Shown: positions 41,684 to 50,117 of the stretch, one piece after another
Position numbering within the stretch: position 1 is the stretch's first letter
Layout of the letters: each line of letters starts with the position of its first letter
DNA from: Minisyncoccota bacterium
GTDB lineage: Bacteria; Patescibacteriota; Minisyncoccia; Phycocordibacterales; UBA918
Direction of reading: 5' to 3'
Assembly (NCBI GenBank): GCA_041389025.1
Contig: JAWKSP010000001.1
Coordinates: 64,002 to 128,001, forward strand
DNA length: 64,000 bases
Translations under genes and position numbers: made by a program
The notes under the pieces: model-generated
The model's input: only the letters and a program-made list of their open reading frames with translations
Database searches by the model: none
What the model was told of the DNA's origin: nothing

Positions 41684-41891
41684 TTTAGTGCTGAATGTAC
41701 GGCATCAAAGCCATAAATCGAGCACGCTTGATTGAGCGAGCAAAATCACGCTGAGCTTTGGCTGAAAATCCGGTACGCTTACGACTAAACATACGAGCGG
41801 TGTGGATTTACTATGAGCATTTAAACGATTGACTTTGTAAATAATATACCAATTGCCGCTTTTTTATGTAGATTTGGTTGTTCCATATCAT
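41684..41891 (-). pseudogene. rpsR: Ribosomal protein S18 (rpsR) remnant. A C-terminal S18-like segment is preceded by in-frame TAG-TAA, and no recognisable N-terminal half is present.
   Basis: Canonical position after rpsF-ssb. Frame reads MIWNNQIYIKKRQLVYYLQSQSFKCS**IHTARMFSRKRTGFSAKAQRDFARSIKRARFMALMPYIQH*. The C-terminal half matches the S18 consensus ...RRxTGxSAKxQRxLxxAIKRARxLALLPY. Confidence 0.5.
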
Positions 41892-41916
41892 TATCTTAGA
41901 CTTCTAATTTATTTTT

Positions 41917-42363
41917 CTAGAATGGTATATCTTCTGGATTTATTTCTTCTTCTGGATAGTCGGGCAAAGCTGAAGCGTTAGCATCATTATTATCAGTAGC
42001 TTTAGCAGATGATCCTCCGCTTGGAGCGCCACTACCGCCACTCTTAGGCCCAAATTGTACTCGATCAGCCACTATTTCAGTTCGGTACTGCTTTTGACCA
42101 TCTTTTTCCCAACTCCTAGTCTGCATTCGTCCTTCTACAAAAGCACTATTGCCTTTATTTAGGTACTTAGCACAGTTTTCACCCTGCTTACCAAACACAA
42201 CAATATTGTGATAATCAACCGATTCTTGCTTGTTACCGTCACGGTCGTTATATACTCGGTTGGTAGCCAAGGAAAAAGTACAGACTTGCATACCACTTGG
42301 TAACGCTCGCATTTCTGGATCACGAGTTAAATTACCGTATACCATTGCTTTGTTCAGATACAT
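41917..42363 (-). CDS. ssb: Single-stranded DNA-binding protein
   Basis: OB-fold core with a Gly/Ser-rich tail ending in the acidic DIPF motif. Confidence 0.9.
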   Translation of the reverse strand: MYLNKAMVYGNLTRDPEMRALPSGMQVCTFSLATNRVYNDRDGNKQESVDYHNIVVFGKQGENCAKYLNKGNSAFVEGRMQTRSWEKDGQKQYRTEIVADRVQFGPKSGGSGAPSGGSSAKATDNNDANASALPDYPEEEINPEDIPF

Positions 42364-42413
42364 AAATGTTATAAATTAAGCCTATTATCGGCTAATTATA
42401 ACCTTTTTCTATA

Positions 42414-42959
42414 CTATTTACTATCCTCAGATACTTCTTCTGTCTTACCCTCAACTGACTCAGTCTCTTCTTTTTCATTCACCTCTTCATCAGTTTCTTC
42501 ATCATCAGTTTCACCCTCTACATCCTCATCATCAATAACTTGTACTTTTCTACTAGCAATTGAGTCATGAAAACGAAAAGGATTTTCTTCTTCCACTTTA
42601 GTTAACTTAACCAACAAGAAACGTAATAATTCTTTAGTTCCATCTAATGACTCAGTTAAACTATTTAATTTGGCTGGATCAAGACGAAAACGAACCCAAC
42701 CGAAGTAAGCACTGCCGAATTTTCGGTTTTTCCCTTCAAGATACTTAATAATTTCATAAGCCAAATCAAAACGTTTTGGTGATTCCTCATCAAATATTTC
42801 ACCCTTGGCCTTGGTAATATGGTTTTTGAGCTGATCAAAAACACTAGCTACTTCCCCTTCGGCAACTGTTGGAAGTACGTGGAAAGCAAATTCATAACTA
42901 ACAAGCTCTCGCTCATCAGCCTGACTTGCTTCAGCTGCCGGCACTTTTGTTTCTGACAT
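42414..42959 (-). CDS. rpsF: 30S ribosomal protein S6 with long acidic C-terminal tail
   Basis: YEFAFHVLP...FGWVRFRLDP S6-like core; position upstream of ssb. Confidence 0.75.
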   Translation of the reverse strand: MSETKVPAAEASQADERELVSYEFAFHVLPTVAEGEVASVFDQLKNHITKAKGEIFDEESPKRFDLAYEIIKYLEGKNRKFGSAYFGWVRFRLDPAKLNSLTESLDGTKELLRFLLVKLTKVEEENPFRFHDSIASRKVQVIDDEDVEGETDDEETDEEVNEKEETESVEGKTEEVSEDSK

Positions 42960-43050
42960 GTTGTACAGGAACTTAAACTAATAACTCGCTTACGCTACCA
43001 CAAATAATGCACAGTTTCAAGACTTTAAAAGACATGTTAAAATTCTATCT

Positions 43051-43995
43051 ATGTCATTGGAAAATCAACCTAAAAATATTGAGCGTAAAAAGATAAGGAT
43101 ATTTATTTTGGTGCTTATAATACTCTTTATAATAACGGCTTATTTAACTTATAAAGCTTATCAAAACAAACATGAAATCCTAACTCTTAACACTGAAAAA
43201 AGCCAACTAAAAACCTCACTTGATTTACTAACAAAAGAAAAAGAACTTACCGATCAAGAAAATAAAGATTTATCAGAACTTCTAATTTCCACCAAGGAAG
43301 AATTGGAGGAAGTCCTTGATGATTTAGAAAGAGAAGAAAATCGCAATGAAGAATTCGAAGATCAAATTCGTAAACTAACCGGTACAGTAAAAGATTTAGA
43401 CAAATTATCTAAAACTGATGAAGAGCTCCTACAAAAATATTCCCGTGCTTACTTTTTAAACGAGAATTATATTCCTCTAAGGCTGGAAAAAATTAATGAT
43501 CGTTATGTTTTAAAAGGTAAAAAAGATCAGTATTTCCATGCCGAAGCAATTGATTTTTTAGAAGATATGCTTGATGAAGCCAGACGTGACGATATAGATT
43601 TAAAAATTGTTTCCGCTTATCGATCATTTGACGAACAACAAGAAGTGAAGGGGCAACATACGCAAGTTTACGGTACTGGAGCCAACGCTTTTTCCGCTGA
43701 CCAAGGTTATTCTGAACATCAACTAGGCACTACTGTTGATCTAACAGACGAAGCTACCGGGGGCACTTATCAATCTTTTGCTAACACCGAATCTTACAAG
43801 TGGCTTACTGACAACGCCTATCGTTTTGGTTTTATTCTTTCCTATCCAGAAGGCAATGAATTTTATATTTATGAGCCATGGCACTGGCGCTTTGTAGGAG
43901 TAGACTTAGCGCGTGACTTACATCGCCAAAAAGACCAATTTTACGAATGGGAACAAAGACGAATTGATGAGTATTTGATCAAAATCTTTGATTAG
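43051..43995 (+). CDS. D-alanyl-D-alanine carboxypeptidase (peptidase M15B/VanY-like) with N-terminal TM anchor and coiled coil
   Basis: SAYRSFDEQ, SEHQLGTTVDL and EPWHWRFVG zinc-binding motifs. Confidence 0.75.
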   Translation: MSLENQPKNIERKKIRIFILVLIILFIITAYLTYKAYQNKHEILTLNTEKSQLKTSLDLLTKEKELTDQENKDLSELLISTKEELEEVLDDLEREENRNEEFEDQIRKLTGTVKDLDKLSKTDEELLQKYSRAYFLNENYIPLRLEKINDRYVLKGKKDQYFHAEAIDFLEDMLDEARRDDIDLKIVSAYRSFDEQQEVKGQHTQVYGTGANAFSADQGYSEHQLGTTVDLTDEATGGTYQSFANTESYKWLTDNAYRFGFILSYPEGNEFYIYEPWHWRFVGVDLARDLHRQKDQFYEWEQRRIDEYLIKIFD

Positions 43996-44013
43996 AGTGT
44001 CTTAAAAAATCAA

Positions 44014-44044
44014 AAGGCCGGAAGTATGGCTTCCGGCCTTTTGT
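44014..44044. terminator. Rho-independent terminator
   Basis: aaggccggaag-tatg-gcttccggcctt followed by a T-run. Confidence 0.6.
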
Positions 44045-44049
44045 TTACT

Positions 44050-44898
44050 TTAATAATCAGAAACATCCAAAAAAATCTTCTTGCCATCTTTATAAAATGA
44101 TAGTTTTTTCTCATCATAATCAAAAACCACGCCTATAATACCTCCATTAGCATCATAGTAAAGAACATCTGTAAATAAATCTGACTTATAAAGCATATCT
44201 ATGCCAAATATAAATACAATAACTCTCTCAAACCAAGATGGTGATTCTGTAATATGAATACTCTTTGTGGCCACTAACTCACCCTCTATCAGTTCAATTT
44301 TTACAACATTTACATACTCATAACCATCGTCCCACCCAATTGTATAATACCAATTATTTTCTGGAAGCGTCTCACTAACACCATACCGAGGTATGTTTAC
44401 AAAATTCTTAACTATACCAGTGGCATCAACATACGCGTTATGTGAAATTAAAACAATCGGATGATGTTCTGAATCTAAGTAATATCTTGTATGTATATCT
44501 GCCACATCCTTATACTTCCCATCAACCATCTGAATTAAACGAGCATTTTCAACAACATACCAAGAAGATCCTTTAATGGAATCACTAAATTCGTATGTAG
44601 ATATAAATAATCGTTTTAGATTATCACTCCAAAATAAACTATCTATCGTTGTACTTGCAGTTTCATCCCAACCCATAACTACATGCGGCTTATTATCTAT
44701 ACATTCACGCAAACCATATCGTACCGGAAAACGATCATCGCCTATTTGGTCTAAAACATATGTTTTTTCACCTATTTTTGCAGCCACAAAGTCATGATGA
44801 TAATAATCCTTCGCTTTATTTACTAACTCGTCACAATCTGCAAATGCATAAAAAGGTGTTGAAAGTAAAAATACAACAAGTAAAATGGGTCTTTTCAT
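44050..44898 (-). CDS. Secreted hypothetical protein
   Basis: Signal peptide MKRPILLVVFLLSTPFYAFA. Confidence 0.45.
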   Translation of the reverse strand: MKRPILLVVFLLSTPFYAFADCDELVNKAKDYYHHDFVAAKIGEKTYVLDQIGDDRFPVRYGLRECIDNKPHVVMGWDETASTTIDSLFWSDNLKRLFISTYEFSDSIKGSSWYVVENARLIQMVDGKYKDVADIHTRYYLDSEHHPIVLISHNAYVDATGIVKNFVNIPRYGVSETLPENNWYYTIGWDDGYEYVNVVKIELIEGELVATKSIHITESPSWFERVIVFIFGIDMLYKSDLFTDVLYYDANGGIIGVVFDYDEKKLSFYKDGKKIFLDVSDY

Positions 44899-44944
44899 TA
44901 AGTAACTTTAACTACCGCTCGAGATAAAAAGGTTACGTTTATTT

Positions 44945-45805
44945 CTATATAAGATCTATCCCATACATCTTCTCCGCATTTTTAAGCAACTGCTCTCTCA
45001 CCTCCTCCACCGGCAAACCTTTAATTTCAGCAATCTTTTCTACCACTTCTTTTACATACATCGGCTCACAGCGCTTACCTCGGTGTGGCACAGGCGCCAC
45101 GTACGGACTATCGGTCTCCGCATGCATCATGTCTAACGGTACCGCCCGCACCACTTCTTCATAAACCTTGGCAAAAGTAATTACTCCGGTAAATGAGACA
45201 GTAAAACCAAGCTCAAAGAATTTCTTTGCTTGCTCGTAAGTACCGGCATAAAAATGCACGTTCCCTGGTACTTTGGCATATTGTTTTAAAATATCATGTA
45301 CATCCTCGTAAGCACTCCTTCCAGTTGGGCTTTCTCCGCCTGGTTTTGGGTCGCGAGTATGAATCATGAGGGGTAAATTAAGCTCATTGGCCAACTCTAT
45401 CTGTGCGATAAAAGCCTTTTCCTGCACTGCATAGGTATCTGGGTCACAATGAAAATAATCAAAACCACACTCACCAATCCCAACCACCTTTTCACTCTTG
45501 GCTAGCTCACGGTAGAAATCAGTATCGAACTCCTCACCTTTGGCGGTAAAAGGCTGGCCGTTTTCCCCGACTGTTTCCTCGTCATGATGTCCGGGTGTAG
45601 TCTGGATTGGATGAAGACCAACAATCGCCCAAGCTCCGTCATTAGCTTCTGCTATCTCCACCGCTTTTTTACTGGTACTTTCCTTGGTTCCAACATTTAT
45701 ACAAGCTACCCCAGCTTCGCGGGTACGCACCAAAACCTCCTCTCGATCTTCATTAAAAGCCGAGAGGTTGAGATGAGTATGAGTATCGATGTGAGTGTAT
45801 TTCAT
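44945..45805 (-). CDS. tatD: TatD family metal-dependent hydrolase/DNase
   Basis: HIDTHTHLN, GECGFDY, and HTRD metal-binding motifs. Confidence 0.85.
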   Translation of the reverse strand: MKYTHIDTHTHLNLSAFNEDREEVLVRTREAGVACINVGTKESTSKKAVEIAEANDGAWAIVGLHPIQTTPGHHDEETVGENGQPFTAKGEEFDTDFYRELAKSEKVVGIGECGFDYFHCDPDTYAVQEKAFIAQIELANELNLPLMIHTRDPKPGGESPTGRSAYEDVHDILKQYAKVPGNVHFYAGTYEQAKKFFELGFTVSFTGVITFAKVYEEVVRAVPLDMMHAETDSPYVAPVPHRGKRCEPMYVKEVVEKIAEIKGLPVEEVREQLLKNAEKMYGIDLI

Positions 45806-45861
45806 AATTAAAGTAGGATAACATAAAATACTTAAGGTATGATAAAATTACAAAAATAAAG

Positions 45862-46248
45862 ATGAATAAAATAAAATTTTCAGCCAGCCTCTATTTATCA
45901 TTAATCACATCTGTCTGCCTGATTTTTGTGACATACATATTTTTAAATTCTGGACCTTCTTGTCATAGTACTGATTGTTATAGTTATTTTCTTCCACAAT
46001 TAGGTATTTTGACAATAACTTCTATACCAATAATGTTTTCAATAACATCTTTATATAATTTTAATAAGCATAACCTTATTAAAAAATATCAATTAGGTAC
46101 TATTGGTATTTTTGGTTTGCTTATTATATTAATTAGCTTATCTTGGATGGCTGTAGATTTAAATTTCAATATAATCAATTTTTTTGCTTTTTTTATTGGA
46201 GTAACATTTGTAACACCTTATTTATTAGTTAGATATGTAGAAAAATAG
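45862..46248 (+). CDS. Small multi-TM membrane protein
   Basis: Four TM helices; no motif. Confidence 0.35.
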   Translation: MNKIKFSASLYLSLITSVCLIFVTYIFLNSGPSCHSTDCYSYFLPQLGILTITSIPIMFSITSLYNFNKHNLIKKYQLGTIGIFGLLIILISLSWMAVDLNFNIINFFAFFIGVTFVTPYLLVRYVEK

Positions 46249-46279
46249 TATTGATAAGACTAATAAATTCTCATAATTA

Positions 46280-46540
46280 TTATTGATTGACTGATCTATC
46301 TATATATTTCTTAACCCACCACATCTTGACCACTGGCAGAGACAGGGTTGAGAGTAAATAACCACCTGTAGGCACCAGAGCACTGGTAAAAGGAACATCG
46401 TTTTCGATGATTAATAAGAAAATACTAGCAGTACTATAAGTAATTACAGCAATTATCAACTTTCTGGTCTTACTTGTCTCCCAAGCTTTATCTATCTCTA
46501 CTCGCCTATTTCTTTTTAATATATCTTCAACGCTTTGCAT
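46280..46540 (-). CDS. Small membrane protein
   Basis: Two TM helices; start codon overlaps or abuts the metG stop. Confidence 0.3.
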   Translation of the reverse strand: MQSVEDILKRNRRVEIDKAWETSKTRKLIIAVITYSTASIFLLIIENDVPFTSALVPTGGYLLSTLSLPVVKMWWVKKYIDRSVNQ

Positions 46541-46542
46541 GA

Positions 46543-47978
46543 TTAGTTTTCCAATCGTTTAAACAAATTCTCTGGTTTTTTATTTTCTTCGATAGCTTTG
46601 AGGATTATTTCTGAGGTTTCAGGCATAAATGGTTCAATTGAAAAAGCTATTCTATAAAGCTCTTTCACCAAATAGATAATCTGTAATTTCGCCTTCTCTT
46701 TATCTATCTTCACAACCTTATAAGGCTCTTGCTCCTGAATCAATTCATCGAGGTCTGCTATATAGCCCCAAATATAATCTAAAGATTTATTTAATCTAAA
46801 GCCCAAAGCCTCGTCTTTTACTAAAGGTATTTCCTTTTTTTCAGAAATAGCAACAGGGCTTTCTAAATGCGTCTCCGCCATCTTCATTACCCGAGCCACC
46901 AAGTTACCAAGGCCATTTACCAAGTTGGCGGTATACCACTCGTCCATTTTCTCCCAGGTGATATCAGAATCGTCAAACGGATGTACATGACGAAGCAAAA
47001 TATAGCGAGTGGCGTCGGTACCATAACGCTCTACCATTTCGTATGGACTGATCACATTCCCCAGCGACTTACTCATCTTTTGTCCGCCGCTATTGATAAA
47101 GCCGTGATAAAAAATCTGGTCAGTAGTTGGTAAGTCTGCTGATATCAGCATCGCCTGCCAGATAATCGACTGAAAGCGCACTTGATCCTTTCCGGCCAGC
47201 TGCAACACCTCACCCTCAGTCCAAAACTTCTTGAAATTCCCCTCTTCGTCTGGCCAACCAAGGGTCGAGATATAGTTGGTCAAAGCATCAAACCACACGT
47301 ACATCACCTGATCTTCATCGTCCGGCACCGGCACTCCCAGTCCATGCGACTTTTTTGGCGCGAAATACTCAAGTCTTCCAACCCCCCTTTCACAAAATCG
47401 AGCGCCCACTGTCTTTGCCATTCCGGTACAGTTGATTCTTTTTTGTCGAGATATTTTACCAATTTATCTTGATAATTTGATAATCTAAAGAAATAGTTTT
47501 CCTCTTCGACTTCTTCTACCGGCCTATGATGTATCAGACAACATTTGTTTTCATCGAGTTCGGTTTCTTTATAAAAAACCTCACAGCCAACACAATAAAG
47601 ACCGGTGTACTTTTTCTTATAGATATCGCCTTTTTCAGCACAGCGTCGCCAAATCTCTTGAGCGGCTTTTTTATGAGTCTCGTCACTGGTACGTATAAAA
47701 TTGTCATAAGAAAGATTGAGGGTTTGTCCCAATTTCTTAAATTCATTGGCATAATGATCGACATAAGCCTGTCTATCTTCCCCTTTTTCATCGGCTTTTT
47801 GGGCGATTTTTTGCCCATGTTCGTCAGTTCCGGTATTAAAAAACACCTCGTGCCTTAAAAGACGATAATAGCGAGCCAAAGTATCCGCTTGCACCACCTC
47901 AAGCCCAAAACCAATATGTGGATCAGCGTTTACATACGGTAAAGTGGTGGTGATATATTTAGCTGGTTTGTCTGACAT
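46543..47978 (-). CDS. metG: Methionine--tRNA ligase, interrupted by an apparent 1-nt frameshift in a G-run at ~47336-47338
   Basis: N-part (47304..47978) has PYVNADPHIGF (HIGH-like) and a CxxC zinc knuckle. C-part (46543..47421) has WFDAL..KMSKS. The expected ...DLSISRQKSRMDW|GVPVPDDEDQVMYVWFDAL join requires one extra G. Confidence 0.8.
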
Positions 47979-48004
47979 AGTATGGTTACTTTAGCATAAA
48001 CGTA

Positions 48005-48637
48005 TTAACTATCAATGCAAGATAAACTATCTGGAATTGTATTTATATACGAGGTTTTGCCTGATGAATCCACACACCAATAAACTTCATTTCTCTTTTT
48101 GAATATACTATTTTCTTCGAGTGGGATTAATTTGGCATTAATTATATAGTTATTAGGTGTTGATTTACAACTAAATGTTAAAGTGCTTCCTTCCTTAGAA
48201 AAAAACCATTTAAGAACAGGTCCCATACAATTGTTGTAAATTTTAAACGATTCAACGTAGTCTCTAATTTCAACGAATTCAGATGAATTGCATATATTTT
48301 CATAAGAAGAATTGTTGTCATAATAATAAATTTCTGCCTGCATAGTTAAATTGTTTAATTTTGTCTTTAAACTAGCGTTTACAGATGATTCAGCATTAAC
48401 TAAATATACAAAAACAAAAAATGTAAGCATTAATAAAAACATGGCAATGGTTATGTGGAAGTTATTCACCAACCTTAAATTAATTTTCCTAACTATAAGC
48501 CAAGAAATCAATACAGACAAAATAATTTTTAAAACCAAAAGTGCAGTGCCACATCTGTAGAAAAGATCTATTAAAAAAGAAATTAAAACAAAAGAAATTG
48601 GTATTAATAGAAATATACTCAACAAATACATAATCAA
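48005..48637 (-). CDS. Membrane/secreted hypothetical protein
   Basis: Two N-terminal TM helices, then a Cys-containing soluble domain. Confidence 0.4.
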   Translation of the reverse strand: MIMYLLSIFLLIPISFVLISFLIDLFYRCGTALLVLKIILSVLISWLIVRKINLRLVNNFHITIAMFLLMLTFFVFVYLVNAESSVNASLKTKLNNLTMQAEIYYYDNNSSYENICNSSEFVEIRDYVESFKIYNNCMGPVLKWFFSKEGSTLTFSCKSTPNNYIINAKLIPLEENSIFKKRNEVYWCVDSSGKTSYINTIPDSLSCIDS

Positions 48638-48660
48638 CTAATATTAGCATGTAACCACAT

Positions 48661-48695
48661 AAAAGCGGGCGGAGGCGAAGCCTCCGCCCGCTTTT
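48661..48695. terminator. GC-rich bidirectional terminator
   Basis: aaaagcgggcggaggc-gaa-gcctccgcccgctttt. Confidence 0.6.
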
Positions 48696-48710
48696 ATGTG
48701 GTCTTTCACC

Positions 48711-50102
48711 CTACTCCTCTAAATACTCCACCAACTCCTCAATCTTCACTCTCGTCTGCTCGCCAGTATCACGGTCACGCACCGTTACCGTATCTTTTAG
48801 TTCCGGTTTTTCTTCTCCTAAAGTCTCAAAGTCTATTACCACACAAGCTGGAGTACCGATCTCATCTTGGCGTCGGTAGCGCTTGCCGATGTTGCCATTG
48901 TCATCAAAAGCTACATTACCGAGGTCTTTTTTAAGCATCTTAAACACCTCTCTAGCCTTCTCCACCAACTGTGGTTTATTTTTCAGCAGTGGTGATACTG
49001 CTACTTTATACGGAGCCAAATCTTTATGTAGCTTTAAAACAGTTCGCACACTACCACCAATCTCATCTTCATGATACGCATCTGAAATAACGGCCATAAA
49101 CATTCTACCCATACCAACAGATGTTTCTAGAATCCACGGAATATACTTCTCACCTGTCTCAGGGTCAGTATAATGAAGATCCACTCCGGAAAATTTCATG
49201 TGTTGAGTAAGATCATAATCAGTACGATCGTGAATACCTTCAAGCTCATCAAAACCAAGACCTGGAAAATTATATTCTATATCCCAAGCATCGGACGCAT
49301 AAAAAACAAGGTTGTCATGTTGTTTAAAGCGAAGATTTTCTGGCTTTATACCGATAGAAAGATACCAATCCCAACGATCTTGTTTGACTTGCTCGTAAGC
49401 TTCTTTGTTTTCATGTGGTTTAACAAACAGTTGTGTGTCTGCTTGCTCCATTTCACGAGTACGAAAAAGAAAGTTGCGGGGTGAAATTTCGTTACGAAAC
49501 GCCTTACCAATTTGCACAATACCAAACGGAAGCTTTGGTGACATAGTATCGAGAATGTTTTTGTAATTTAGATAAATACCTTGGCAAGCTTCTCCTGGCA
49601 GATACACCGGATTATCTCCTTTTGAAGTAAAATCTCCAAGATTTGATTTTACAAGCAGATTGAAAGCACGAGCTGGTGTAAAATTTTTCTTACCACACTT
49701 AGGACACTGGATGTTATCACGGTTAGCATCAAAAAGTTGATTGATTTCCTCTTCCGACATTTTCTCATCTGCCGTTACACCAATAGCTCCCAGTTCTTTG
49801 TCGACTCGAATCCTCGTATTACACTCACGACACTCAGCCAAAGGATCGGAAAAACCTGACGTATGTCCACTAGCATCCCATACTTTTGGATATTTAAACA
49901 TTCCTGAATCAATCCCAAAATAATTTTCTTTATCGTAGACATTTGCCTTCCACCAAGCTCGCTTCAAATTATTCAGAAGTTCAACTCCATTTGGACCATA
50001 ATCAAAAACCCCAGCCAAACCCCCATAAATCTCACTACCCTGAAACACAAACCCTCGTCTCTTACACAATGAGACTATTTTTTCCATTTTGTCGTTTTTC
50101 AT
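48711..50102 (-). CDS. glyS: Glycine--tRNA ligase (alpha2 dimeric, archaeal/eukaryote-like type)
   Basis: N-terminal KRRGFVFQGSEIYGGLAGVFDYGPNGVELLNNLKRAWW, typical of alpha2 GlyRS. Confidence 0.85.
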   Translation of the reverse strand: MKNDKMEKIVSLCKRRGFVFQGSEIYGGLAGVFDYGPNGVELLNNLKRAWWKANVYDKENYFGIDSGMFKYPKVWDASGHTSGFSDPLAECRECNTRIRVDKELGAIGVTADEKMSEEEINQLFDANRDNIQCPKCGKKNFTPARAFNLLVKSNLGDFTSKGDNPVYLPGEACQGIYLNYKNILDTMSPKLPFGIVQIGKAFRNEISPRNFLFRTREMEQADTQLFVKPHENKEAYEQVKQDRWDWYLSIGIKPENLRFKQHDNLVFYASDAWDIEYNFPGLGFDELEGIHDRTDYDLTQHMKFSGVDLHYTDPETGEKYIPWILETSVGMGRMFMAVISDAYHEDEIGGSVRTVLKLHKDLAPYKVAVSPLLKNKPQLVEKAREVFKMLKKDLGNVAFDDNGNIGKRYRRQDEIGTPACVVIDFETLGEEKPELKDTVTVRDRDTGEQTRVKIEELVEYLEE

Positions 50103-50117
50103 AATTGTTTAACCTGT

